A stretch of DNA of 64,000 nucleotides from the NCBI GenBank assembly GCA_016705545.1, contig JADIYA010000020.1:15413-79412 (forward strand). Direction: 5' to 3'. Positions within the stretch are counted from its first letter, which is position 1. Every line of letters begins with the position of its first letter. The DNA is from Flavobacteriales bacterium (GTDB lineage: Bacteria; Bacteroidota; Bacteroidia; Flavobacteriales_F; PHOS-HE28). The notes beneath the pieces were generated by a model. It was not told the origin of the DNA. It did not search any database and worked only from the letters and a program-made list of their open reading frames with translations. Made by a program: the position numbers and the translations under genes. This document shows, piece after piece, positions 9,801 to 19,500 of the stretch.

Positions 9801-10317
9801 GAATCTCTTCCATGGCCATGGGGATGCATTCGGTGTTACCGACGATGCTCCCACCAAACCCGAACTGAAGATCCTGCATGCCACGCTGAAGAAGATCACC
9901 GAGGACATCGAGAAGATGAGCTTCAACACCAGCGTAGCGCAATTCATGATCGCCGCGAACGAGCTGGGCGCGCTCAAATGCAACAAGCGCGCGGTGCTGG
10001 AGCCGCTGGTGATCGCCTTGGCGCCCTTCGCGCCGCATATCGCCGAGGAATTGTGGGAGAAGCTCGGCCATACCGACAGCGTAACAGGGGCAAAATGGCC
10101 CCAATGGGATGCCCAGCACTTGGTGGAGGACAGCTTCAGCTACCCCATCAGTTTCAATGGAAAAACGAGGCTGCAGCTGGAGTTCCCCATCGGGCTGAGC
10201 AAGGAAGAGGTGGAGGCCCAGGTACTTGCGAATCCGGAGGTGCAGGCCAAGCTGGGTGGTCAGCCGCCGAAGAAGGTGATCGTGGTGCCCAAGCGGATCG
10301 TGAACATCGTGGTGTAG
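6847..10317 (+). CDS. leuS: leucine--tRNA ligase LeuS carrying an in-frame ~175-codon insertion
   Basis: ATG at 6847: MAYEHNEIEKKWRAEWAKRG, PYPSGAGLHVGHPLGY (HIGH region), NWIGRSEG, TTRPDTLFGVTF, EKMSKSKLNVV. 1156 codons versus 860 in E. coli LeuS. The upstream part of ORF 5917-10317 is non-coding read-through. Confidence 0.95.
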   Translation: MAYEHNEIEKKWRAEWAKRGTYRVENDASRPKYYVLDMFPYPSGAGLHVGHPLGYIASDIVARYKRHSGFNVLHPMGYDSFGLPAEQYAIQTGQHPAKTTEVNVARYREQLDNIGFSFDWSREVRTSDPSFYKWTQWIFLQLFDSWYDHEAQKAKPIHTLVVRFGHQGWHHADACALTGDVEEELGAFSADEWKAYDERTKQRILQHFRLAYLSEAWVNWCPALGTVLANDEVKDGVSERGGHPVERKRMPQWSMRITAYAQRLLSGLDTLDWSESIKEAQRNWIGRSEGALVRFKVKSNLTPNPSPEERGTAHFDQDESDSGAISRFRETANPFIWSKLVAHAKEMRHNPTEAENKLWQAIRGNATSGRIRRQHIIDKYIVDFVSLRKQLVIEVDGDIHDLQIEEDALRTLALGEKGFKVIRFRNEEVLSDVSEVKRRIQAELDSRPDFSASADDKTEEEYSSPLPGRGVGGEAIEVFTTRPDTLFGVTFVTLAPEHELVEVITPANRRDEVMAYVTMAKNRSERERMTEVKRVSGVFTGATCIHPFTGQEVPVWVGDYVLGGYGTGAVMAVPGGDQRDWNFATHFNLPIIAVTEGADISKEADERKDATICSEGFLKGLKVPDAIKRAIDELEKRGAGERRINFRLRDAAFGRQRYWGEPIPIYYKDDVPYALPESELPLKLPEVDKFLPTEDGEPPLARAANWNYQGHPLETTTMPGWAGSSWYFLRYMDPKNEGRFASPEAINYWQQVDLYVGGSEHATGHLLYFRFWTKFLHDRGWINFDEPAKKLVNQGMIQGVSRFIFFMGVAINYPDVDNNTVVKLQEEMRRFPVVLVPESLYTQASRLKPTDVPMVRSFLNQMQQLRLERDPNAVGVITSQTLAKTHVDVSFVNPVTGELDISTYKKFVGNTQDVVVLSDGPLICPSEVEKMSKSKLNVVNPDDIISKYGADTLRLYEMFLGPLEQSKPWDTNGIEGTFRFLRKFWNLFHGHGDAFGVTDDAPTKPELKILHATLKKITEDIEKMSFNTSVAQFMIAANELGALKCNKRAVLEPLVIALAPFAPHIAEELWEKLGHTDSVTGAKWPQWDAQHLVEDSFSYPISFNGKTRLQLEFPIGLSKEEVEAQVLANPEVQAKLGGQPPKKVIVVPKRIVNIVV
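7746..7778. repeat. left terminal inverted repeat of the leuS insert
   Basis: CCTCACCCCTAACCCCTCTCCCGAGGAGAGGGG; contains its own hairpin CCCCTCTC/GAGAGGGG; translated as ..LTPNPSPEERG. Confidence 0.8.
8237..8269. repeat. right terminal inverted repeat of the leuS insert
   Basis: CCCCTCTCCCCGGGAGAGGGGTAGGGGGTGAGG. Its reverse complement matches the left repeat at 30 of 33 positions. Translated as SPLPGRGVGGE. Confidence 0.8.
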
Positions 10318-10329
10318 CGCATGCCACTA

Positions 10330-10380
10330 GCCTCTAGCCCCAAGCTACTAGCCCGCCTTCGGCGGAAGCCGGCTAGAGGC
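10330..10380 (+). terminator. structured element just after the leuS stop (terminator candidate)
   Basis: GCCTCTAGCC (10330-10339) pairs with GGCTAGAGGC (10371-10380), enclosing a small CCGCC-TTC-GGCGG hairpin. Five CTAG-containing repeats lie within about 70 nt. Confidence 0.4.
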
Positions 10381-10443
10381 TCGTGGCTAGGAGCGAGCAG
10401 CTGCACTCGTACCGATCGGCACCCGCTTTGCGTTCCTGAGGGC

Positions 10444-11268
10444 ATGGCACGCACCTCCACCTTCCTGCTCGCGGGCATCGGCCTCTTCACCATGGCCTTC
10501 GCCCAGAGTGATCGCCCAACCGAACCGAACACGCTCCCGGCTCCCTCGAGCACGCCGTACCGCAGCATCAGCCACAATGCCTTCAAGCCCGGCGAGAAGC
10601 TCACCTACGTTGTTCACTACGGCTGGATGAACGCTGGCGAAGCGGTTGTGGAATTGCGTGAGTCGGAGCAGCCCATCATGGGACGCAAGGTGCTGCGCGC
10701 GGTGGGCCGCGGCCGGAGCCTCGGCGCCTTCAACGCCTTCTACAAGGTCGATGACTATTACGAGAGCCAGATCGATTCCGAGGGCGTGTTCCCGTGGATG
10801 TTCCAGCGCCGCGTGAGCGAGGGCGGCTACGAGTTCTCACAGGACTACTTCTACCGCCAGCACAAGAACGAGGTGACCACGCAGAAGCAGCAAACGCATG
10901 CTGTGCCACCCAGCGTGCAAGACATGCTCAGCGCCTTCTACTACGCGCGCACGATTGACTTCAGCAACGCCAATCCCGGCGATGTGTACACCATCCAGAC
11001 CTTCCTCGATGACGAGCTCTGGCCCTTGCAGATGAAGTTCATCGGCAGGGAGACGATCAAATTGCGGAACGGGAAGTACCGCTGCATGAAGTTCCAGCCC
11101 GTGGTGCAGGAGGGCCGCGTGTTCAAGACCAACGACGACCTCAACGTGTGGATCACCGACGACGGCAACAAGATCCCCGTGCTCGCGCAGGCCAAGGTGC
11201 TCGTGGGCTCGATCAAGATGGAGCTGAGCCAGTACGAAGGGCTGAGCCATCCGATCGCGAAGCACTAG
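10444..11268 (+). CDS. DUF3108 domain-containing protein
   Basis: ATG at 10444 gives signal peptide MARTSTFLLAGIGLFTMAFAQ. GEKLTYVVHYGWMNAGEAVVEL... and ...KIPVLAQAKVLVGSIKMELSQY are typical of DUF3108. Confidence 0.75.
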   Translation: MARTSTFLLAGIGLFTMAFAQSDRPTEPNTLPAPSSTPYRSISHNAFKPGEKLTYVVHYGWMNAGEAVVELRESEQPIMGRKVLRAVGRGRSLGAFNAFYKVDDYYESQIDSEGVFPWMFQRRVSEGGYEFSQDYFYRQHKNEVTTQKQQTHAVPPSVQDMLSAFYYARTIDFSNANPGDVYTIQTFLDDELWPLQMKFIGRETIKLRNGKYRCMKFQPVVQEGRVFKTNDDLNVWITDDGNKIPVLAQAKVLVGSIKMELSQYEGLSHPIAKH

Positions 11269-11636
11269 GATCATTTTCGGCGCAATCTGATCGCGAAGCA
11301 GGAATGGCCTGCCAGCCCAGGGCGATCACGCGGCTACCATCCCGAAGGCCAGCATCAGCATAAAGGACAAACCCTCTGGTGCTGGTCCTATTTGAGCAGG
11401 TGCTCATGTGACCCGGCACCGCCGGATATCCGCCCTTCCGCGCCCGGCAGTCCGCGCGTGCGTGCAGAGCCTTTGCCAAACGAATGGATCGCGGCTGGTT
11501 GTGAATGCGCCCGAAGGCCGGGATCGGATGACTTGCGATACCCATGAGCGCAGTGATATTCGACACAGTGCATTCGGACCGGATCACTCAATTTGCCGGC
11601 CCCACAGGCCTTGCCCGTCGGATTCACAATGATGCC

Positions 11637-14600
11637 ATGAAATCACTTGCACTCGCCCTTTCGCTGCTCACCGCCTTCACCGCCACCGCCCAGAGTCGTT
11701 TCTGGAGCGAATTGCCCGCCGCGCGTGCTGGCCAGATGCCCGGTGAACGGCGCATCGTGCCTGATCGGGCACGAACGCTCAGTCTCGATGCCGAAGGACT
11801 GCGATTGTTCCTCGCCACGGTCCCTGTCGGTTCGCTCGAGCAGGTGGGCAGTTCCTCGCATCTTTTGGAATTGCCCATGCCCGGCGGGGGCTTCGCGGGA
11901 TTCCGATTCCTGGAGGTTCCGGTGATGCACCCCGACCTGCAGGCTCGGTACCCCATGATCCGCACGTATACCGGAGTTGGGCTCGAGGACGGCGCGCTGC
12001 TGAAAATGGACCTTACCCCGCATGGCTTGCACGCCATGGTGCTCACGCCAAGTTCCGACGACTGGTTCATCGACCCCCTCGTTCACGGCGATGCCGCCCA
12101 CTACCAGAGCTACTACAAACGCGACTTCCGCAAACAACTGCCCGCCGACTTCGAGGCCTGCCACTATGACCAGGTGAACGACATCGACGCCGCACAGAAG
12201 CAGTCGCGCGAATGGATCGCTCAGATGGGCGTCGATCGCGTGGGCGATTGCCAGCTGCGTCGCTACGACCTGGCTTTGGCCTGCACCGGCGAGTACGCCG
12301 CTTTCCACGGCAGCAATACCACCAACAACGACAAAAGCTTCGCTGCGGCCGCGATGGCCACCTCGCTCAACCGGGTGAACGGCATCTATGAGAGGGACGC
12401 TACGCTCACCATGTTGCTCGTCGCGAACAATGATGCCATCATCTACCTCAACGCCGCCACAGACCCGTACACCAACAGCAATGGCAGCACCATGCTGGGC
12501 GAGAACATCAGCACCTGCAACAGCGTGATCGGCTCGGCTAACTACGACATCGGCCATGTGTTCAGCACCGGCGGCGGCGGCGTGGCCTACCTGAACAGTC
12601 CCTGCACCGGCAACAAGGCGGGGGGCGTCACGGGCTCCGGCGAACCGGTTGGCGACCCCTTCGACATCGACTATGTGGCGCACGAGATGGGGCACCAGTA
12701 TGGCGGCAATCACAGCCAGAACAACAACTGCAACCGCGCCGCCAGCGCTGCCGTGGAGGTGGGCAGCGGCATCACGATCATGGGCTACGCAGGTATCTGT
12801 TCGCCCGATGTGGCCAGCAACAGCATCGCGATGTTCGGCGGCTACAGCATGCAGGAGATAGCCGCCAACATCACCACCGGCGCCAGCAGCGGCTGCCCAA
12901 CCACCACCGCGCTCGCCAACGCCCAGCCCACCGCGAATGCCGGCGTGGACCGTGTGATCCCGCGCTCCACGCCCTTCATCCTCACGGGCAGCGCAACCGA
13001 CGCCAATCCTGGCAACGTGCTCAGCTACAGCTGGGAGCAAATGGACAACGCCGTGGCCACGCAACCGCCCGCGGCTACCAACACGGGCGGCCCGGCCTGG
13101 GTGCCCTTGTTGCCGCAAGGCACGCCTGTGCGCTACATGCCCAACCTGCCAGCGGTGATCGCCAACACCACGCCCACTTGGGAGGTGCTCAGCAGCGTGG
13201 CGCGCACCTACAATTTCCGCTTCACCGTGCGCGACAATGCCGTGGGCGGTGGCTGCGCGAAGCAGGATAACATGGTGGTGACGGTGAACGGAACGGCCGG
13301 GCCCTTCGTGGTCACCGCGCCCAATACGGCCGTGGCCTGGACGGCGCTCACTTCGGCAACGGTGACTTGGAACGTGGCCGGCACCAACGTCTCGCCGGTG
13401 AGTTGCGCGAACGTCGACATCCTGTTGAGCACTGATGGCGGCCTCAGTTATCCCATCACCCTGGCCACCGCCACGCCCAACGATGGCAGCCAGACGATCA
13501 CCGTGCCCAGCAACCCCACGACCACTGCGCGCGTGATGGTGCGCGCCAACGGCAACATCTTCTACGACATCAGCAACACCAACTTCACGATCACCGTGCC
13601 CGCCACCCCCGACTATTCGTTGAGCGTGTCGAGCGCTACGGCCAACGCGTGCCAACCCGCCAACACCACCTATGCGGTGCAGGTCGGCAGCATCCTCGGT
13701 TACAGCAGCGCGGTCACGCTGGGCACCGCGGGTCTCGCGTCGGGCCTGAGCGCATCGTTCAGCCCCAACCCGGTAACGCCCGGTGGCAGCAGCACGCTCA
13801 CCATCAACGGCACCGGCAGCGTGGCGCCGGGCACCTACAACCTCACGCTCACCGCCACCAGCGCCAGCGGCAACAAGAACCTGGCGCTCACGCTTGAGGT
13901 GATCGCCCCGGCCGGCACCGTCACCTTGGCATCGCCGGCCAATGGCGCATCGGGCGTGGGCGGCGGCACGCCTTTGACATGGAATGTGGATCCCAATGCG
14001 GCATCGTATGCCATCCAGATCGCCACCGATGCGGGCATGACCAACATCGTGGAGACCGGCAACGGACTCACCGCCACCAGCTACAACACGGCGGTGGCCA
14101 CGCAGCCGCTCACCACCTATTACTGGCGTGTGCAATCGAGCAACGCCTGCGGCTTCGGAACACCATCGGCCATCTGGTCCTACACCACCAGCAATTGCCA
14201 ACCAGTGGCAATCCGCATCGTGCTGGACCGCTACGGTGCCGAGACCACGTGGAACCTGCAGAGCAGCGGAGGCAATGTGGTGGCCAGCGGCGGACCCTAC
14301 ACCAACCAAGCTGCCAATGGCGCGTACCCGCAACCCGATGTGAACCTGTGCCTGCCTCCGGGCTGCTACACGCTGATCGTGAACGACAGCTTCGGCGACG
14401 GCCTGTGCTGCGCATACGGCAGCGGCTACATCGCGGCACTCGACGCGAGCGGCGCACCCCTGGCCTCGGCATCGACCTTCACCACCACGGTGTCGGCCAA
14501 CTTCTGCCTCGGTACCGCCTGCATCAGCACGCTGCCATTCAGCGAAAGCTTCACCAGCGGGCTGGGCTCGTGGACGCAAGGCATCACCGATAACTTCAAC

Positions 14601-15765
14601 TGGACCCTGCAGAGCGGCAGCACGCCCACCAGCAACACCGGTCCGACAGGCGACCACACCACCGGAAGCGGCAACTACCTCTTCACCGAATCGAGCAGCC
14701 CCAACAACCCCGCGCGCACCGCCGAACTCTTCAGCCCCTGCATCGACCTGGAACCGTATGCCAGCGCTGACCTGAGCTTCTGGTACCACCTATGGGGCAC
14801 CACCATGGGCACTCTGAACGTAGATGTGTGGAACGGCACCGCCTGGACGCAAGCCGCATGGAGCCGCACCGGCAACCAGGGCAACAACTGGCTGCAGGGC
14901 ACGCTTTCGCTGAACCCTTGGCTGGGCCAGGCCATCCGCATACGATTCCGGGGGAGTCACGGGCTCAGGCTCCACCAGTGACATGGCCATCGACGATATC
15001 CTGATCACCGGCAGCAACGAGGTGCAGGTGGCCGCACGCGTGGCGCTCGAAGGCGCTTATGATCCGGGCACCGGCTTGATGCGCGACAACCTGCGCGTGC
15101 TTCCTTCCTTCCCGCTCACTGAGCCATTCACCGCCTTGGGCTATGCGCATGTGGGCGGTGGCGGCGAAGCCGTGGCGGCGCCGGTGCTCACCACCACCGG
15201 GAACAATGCCATCGTCGATTGGGCGGTGGTGGAGCTGCGCAGCGGCGGCGAGCCGGCCACGGTGCTGGCCACGCGCAGCGCGCTGGTGCAGCGCGATGGC
15301 GATGTAGTGGCCAGCGATGGCCTCAACCCGGTGAGCTTCCCAGTGGCACCGGGCAATTACCATGTGGCAATCCGTCACCGCAATCACCTGGGCGCGATGA
15401 CGGCAACTCCCGTAGCCTTGAGCGCTGCCGCCACCACGGTCGATTTCCGGTTGGCCAGCTTGGCCACCTATGGCACCGAGGCGCGCAAGACCATCGCTGG
15501 TGCATTCCCGGCAGAGGCCTTGTGGGCGGGCGATGTGACTTTCAACAGCATGCTGCAGTACGTGGGCACCGACAACGACCGCGACCCCATCCTGGTGAGG
15601 ATCGGTGGCAGCGTGCCCACCAACACGGCAAGCGGATATCTCCCGGAAGACGTGACCCTGGACGGCACTGTGCGCTACGTGGGCGATGGCAACGACCGCG
15701 ACCCGATCCTGGTGAACATCGGCGGCAGCCTGCCTACGAACACGCGCGTGGAACAACTGCCTTAA
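11637..15765 (+). CDS. secreted reprolysin-like zinc metalloprotease with Ig-like repeats, a MAM domain and a C-terminal duplicated module; frame broken at the G run 14950-14954
   Basis: Signal peptide MKSLALALSLLTAFTATAQS; zinc site HEMGHQYGGNHS; MAM-like block FNWTLQSG...GDHTTGSGNYLFTE...LSFWYHLWG. ORF 11544-14981 ends ...IRIRFRGSHGLRLHQ*, while the next frame reads G-VTGSGSTSDMAIDDILITG, the normal end of a MAM domain, and continues to 15765. Confidence 0.85.
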
Positions 15766-15784
15766 CGAGACTGCTGAGATGCTA

Positions 15785-15810
15785 GCGGCCCGTGCGCTTG
15801 CACGGGCCGC
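15785..15810. terminator. bidirectional terminator hairpin
   Basis: GCGGCCCGTGC-GCTT-GCACGGGCCGC: 11-bp GC-rich stem followed by TTCTGCTT, between convergent genes. Confidence 0.65.
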
Positions 15811-15827
15811 TTCTGCTTGAACGCGAT

Positions 15828-18800
15828 TCAACCAAGCGCAGGCGGCGCCGCTGTCGCCGCCCCCTCATCCCCGCCCGTCATTTGCCCGCGCACGGGCACC
15901 CACCGGTACAGCACCTTGGTGAGCAGCAGGAACATCACCGGCACGATCACCAGGGTGAGGAAGGTGGCGAAGACGAGGCCGAAGATCACCGTCCAGCTCA
16001 TGGGTCCCCAGAACACGGTGTTGTCGCCGCCGAGGGTGAACTGCGGGTCCAGATCGCTGAAGAGCGTGAAGAAGTTGATGTTGATGCCGATGGCCAGCGG
16101 GATCAGGCCAAGCACCGTGGTGATGGCCGTGAGCAGCACGGGGCGCAAGCGGCGTGCGCCGGCATCCTCGATGCTGCGCAGCACATCGGCCATGGGCAGG
16201 CGCTGCTCTTGGGAGAGGCCCAGCTCGGCCTTGCGACGGCTCTGCAGCAGCAGCATGAAGTCAACGAGCACGATGGCGTTGTTCACCACCACGCCCGCCA
16301 GCGAGATGATGCCCACCATGGTCATCATGATCACGAACTCCATGCGGAAGATCACCAGGCCCAGGAAGACGCCGATCAGCGAGAAGACCACGCTGCTCAC
16401 GATGATGCCCGGTATGGCGGCGCTGTTGAACTGGGCCACGATGATGAGGAAGACGAGGAACACGGCGATCAGCAGCGCGGTGCTCAGGAAGCTCATCTGC
16501 TTGGCCTGCTCCTTCAGCTCACCGGTGAACTCGTAGGTGAAACGCGGGTCCTTCTGGTAGCCCTCGAACGCGGCGATCACCTTCTTCACCACGGGATCCT
16601 TCTGGAATTCGTCGGTCACGTTGCTCTGCACCTGCACCATGCGCTTGAGGTCCTTGCGCTTCACGGCGCTGAAAGTGCTGGTGTAGGTAGGCGTGGCCAA
16701 CGCGCTGATGGGCACCTGGCGGATCTGGCCGTTGGTCTGGTCGCGGAAGGTGACGCGCATGCCGGCGAGCACCTCGGGATCGTAGCGGTACTCGTCCTTC
16801 AGGCGGATGTTCACCGGGTAGTCGTCCTCGCCCTGCTTGTAGGTGCTCACCTCGCGGCCATAAAGACCGGTTCGCAGCGCATCGCCGATGGCCCAAGTGC
16901 TCACATTGTAGCGGCGGGCCTTCGCGCGGTCGATCACGATCGGCATCTCGGGCTTGCCCAGCTCCACATCGAGCTTGAGCTCCTCCACCATGTCGATGTG
17001 CTGATCCTTCAAGAAGGCGCGCACCTTCTCACCCTCCTCGATCAGTGCGAGCACGTCATCGCCCTTGATCTCGAGGTTGATGGCCTTGCCCACCGGCGGA
17101 CCGGCGGCGTCCTTATCCACCACCACGGTAACGCCGGGCACACCGCGCACGGCCTCGCGGATGGCTTCCATCACATCGAGGGAATTGATCCCGCGCCGTT
17201 CTGCATACTTCACGAAGCTCACCTGCACGCGCGCCTTATGCGGCGTGGCGTCGAAGCTGGGGCCGGCCATGGGGTCGCTGGTGCCCTCGCCCACTTGCGC
17301 GATCACGCTGCTCACCATGAAATTCTCCAGGCGCTGCGCGGTGCTGCCATCGGGAAGCGTGTCGGTCACGTTGTCGTTGTACTTCGGATCCGCGAGCACG
17401 GCGAACACGCGGCGCTCGATCTCGCGCGTGGTGGCATCGGTGCTGTTGATGTCCGTGCCGATGGGCTTCTCGATGAACACGTTCACGTAGAGCGGCTGGT
17501 TCACCGGGAAGAAGAGGGTGTTGAGCGGGAAGATGGCGGTGAGCGCCATGGAGAAGAAGAGCAGCCCGATGGTGCCGATGAACATCCAGCGCGGACGCTT
17601 TCCCTTCAAGGCCCAGACGAGGAAGAGGCGGTAGCGCTCCTCCACGCGCGGCATGGTGATAGTCTGGAAGCGCACGCTCGCCGGATAGAGGAAGTAGTGG
17701 TTGAGGTAACCGAAGAGGCCAAATGCGAATGCCAGGTTGCCGAGCGTGAAGAGGAAGGTGTTGCCGCCGAAATGCCCGATCAGGCTGAAGAGCAGGCCGC
17801 CAACGGTCATGATGCCGCCTACCTTGAAGGTGAGGAAGCGCGAAGGGCCGTTCTGCTCCACCTGCATGTAGCGCGCGGCCAGCATGGGGTTGATGATGAG
17901 GCCCACGAAGAGCGAGCTGCTGAGCACCACCATGAGGGTGATGGGCAGGAACTTCATGAACTCACCCATGATTCCCGGCCACATCAGCAGGGGAATGAAA
18001 ACCGCCACTGTGGTGGCCGTGCTGGCGATGATGGGCCAGGCCACCTCCCCGATGCCATTCTTGGCAGCGCGGATGGGGCTCTGCCCCTCGCTCATCAGGC
18101 GATGCGTGTTCTCGATCACCACAATGCCGTTGTCCACGAGCATGCCCAGCGCGAGCACGAGGCTGAAGAGCACCATCATGTTCAGGGTGTATCCCATGGC
18201 GTTGAGCACGATGAAGCTCAGCAGCATGCTCATGGGGATGGCGATTCCCACGAAAATGGCATTGCGCAGGCCGAGGAAGAACATGAGGATGCCCACCACC
18301 AGCAGCACGCCGAAGATGATGGAGTTCTCCAATTCATCAACCTGCGTGCGGGTCTGGTCGCTCATGTCACCGGTGATGGTGACGGTGAGGTCCTTGGGGA
18401 ACACATCGCGCTTGAAGCGGTCGAGCACGGCGTTGATGCTGTCGCTGGCCACGAGCAGATTGCGGCCGCTGCGCTTGATCACGTCGAGCATCACCACCGG
18501 CTGGCCGAATTCGCGGGCGTAGCTGGTGGGCTCCACGAAGGTGAAGGCCACATCGGCGATGTCGCCCAAGCGCACGATGTCGAGGTTCTCCTGCTTCACG
18601 ATGATGCCGCGCACCTCGTCCATGCTGGTGAACTCGCCATTCACGCTGATGGTGCGGCGCAGGCCATCCACCAGCACCTCCCCGCCGCTGATGCTCACGT
18701 TCTCTTGCTGCACGGCGCTGGCCACATCCTGGAAGCTGAGCTCACGGGCCTCCATCTTCGGCAGGTCGAGGCTGATGCGCAATTCCTTCTTGGGCACGCC

Positions 18801-19370
18801 GCGTATCTCCACCTTGTTCACGGTCTCCAGGTCCTCGAGCTTGTCCTCGAGCTGCTCAGCCCACTTGTTCAGCTGGTCGATGCTGTAGTCGCCGCTGAGG
18901 TTGAGGTTCATCACGGGCATCATCTCCGAGAAGTTCATCTCGAAAACGCTCGGCTCAGCGGGCAGATCGGTGGGGAAGTCGGGGTCGGCCTTGGCCTTGT
19001 CCACCGCGTCCTTCACCTTCCGCAAGGCCTCGCTGGGCTTCACGTTGAAGTCGAACTTGATATGGATGGTGCTGAAGCCCTGCACGCTGGTGCTGAGGAT
19101 CTCGTCGATGCCGGTGATGGTCTTGATCTCCTTCTCCAGCGGGCGCGTGATCAGCTTCTCCATGTCGTCCGGGGCGTTGCCTGGGTACATGGTGCTCACG
19201 AAGATCTCCGGGGTGACCACCTCGGGGAAAGCCTCGCGCGGCATGCTGGTGTAGGCGTTCCAGCCCACGAGCGCGATGAGGATGCTGAGCACCATCACGG
19301 TGGCGCGATTGTCCACCGCCCACGAGGCGATGCCGAAGCGCTTCTCAGGGAATACGTTGTCGTTTGACAT
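15828..19370 (-). CDS. RND efflux transporter permease (AcrB/HAE1-like)
   Basis: 1180 aa. FGIASWAVDNRATVMVLSILIALVGWNAY..., 12-TM layout with two large periplasmic loops, and typical blocks GMLVDNGIVVIEN and SLAGVVVNNAIVLVDF. Confidence 0.92.
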   Translation of the reverse strand: MSNDNVFPEKRFGIASWAVDNRATVMVLSILIALVGWNAYTSMPREAFPEVVTPEIFVSTMYPGNAPDDMEKLITRPLEKEIKTITGIDEILSTSVQGFSTIHIKFDFNVKPSEALRKVKDAVDKAKADPDFPTDLPAEPSVFEMNFSEMMPVMNLNLSGDYSIDQLNKWAEQLEDKLEDLETVNKVEIRGVPKKELRISLDLPKMEARELSFQDVASAVQQENVSISGGEVLVDGLRRTISVNGEFTSMDEVRGIIVKQENLDIVRLGDIADVAFTFVEPTSYAREFGQPVVMLDVIKRSGRNLLVASDSINAVLDRFKRDVFPKDLTVTITGDMSDQTRTQVDELENSIIFGVLLVVGILMFFLGLRNAIFVGIAIPMSMLLSFIVLNAMGYTLNMMVLFSLVLALGMLVDNGIVVIENTHRLMSEGQSPIRAAKNGIGEVAWPIIASTATTVAVFIPLLMWPGIMGEFMKFLPITLMVVLSSSLFVGLIINPMLAARYMQVEQNGPSRFLTFKVGGIMTVGGLLFSLIGHFGGNTFLFTLGNLAFAFGLFGYLNHYFLYPASVRFQTITMPRVEERYRLFLVWALKGKRPRWMFIGTIGLLFFSMALTAIFPLNTLFFPVNQPLYVNVFIEKPIGTDINSTDATTREIERRVFAVLADPKYNDNVTDTLPDGSTAQRLENFMVSSVIAQVGEGTSDPMAGPSFDATPHKARVQVSFVKYAERRGINSLDVMEAIREAVRGVPGVTVVVDKDAAGPPVGKAINLEIKGDDVLALIEEGEKVRAFLKDQHIDMVEELKLDVELGKPEMPIVIDRAKARRYNVSTWAIGDALRTGLYGREVSTYKQGEDDYPVNIRLKDEYRYDPEVLAGMRVTFRDQTNGQIRQVPISALATPTYTSTFSAVKRKDLKRMVQVQSNVTDEFQKDPVVKKVIAAFEGYQKDPRFTYEFTGELKEQAKQMSFLSTALLIAVFLVFLIIVAQFNSAAIPGIIVSSVVFSLIGVFLGLVIFRMEFVIMMTMVGIISLAGVVVNNAIVLVDFMLLLQSRRKAELGLSQEQRLPMADVLRSIEDAGARRLRPVLLTAITTVLGLIPLAIGININFFTLFSDLDPQFTLGGDNTVFWGPMSWTVIFGLVFATFLTLVIVPVMFLLLTKVLYRWVPVRGQMTGGDEGAATAAPPALG

Positions 19371-19500
19371 GATGCTCTCCTTGATGTCCGTTATCCTTTA
19401 TTGCGATCAGACAGATTCCGTGCTGTTGCTGGCCATGGTTCGTCGCCCATTCGGTCGCTGCCTCGGGTGCGCAGGGAATGCCGCTGTGCGATGTTCACGA

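Noticed and set aside
11269-11636. The 368-nt intergenic region before the metalloprotease, examined as a possible sRNA, riboswitch or small gene.
   Set aside because: It has no conserved motif I recognise, no strong hairpin, and only short shadow ORFs. It cannot be supported from the sequence alone.
11643-19367. Very long antisense ORFs: 11643-14789 (-), 15792-19367 (+), and likewise 2869-4026 (+), 45786-47243 (-), 55542-57464 (+) and 54249-55022 (+).
   Set aside because: All lie antisense to genes with clear family signatures. They encode Arg/Ala/Gly/His-rich low-complexity sequence with no motifs. They are stop-codon-poor shadow frames of GC-rich coding DNA.
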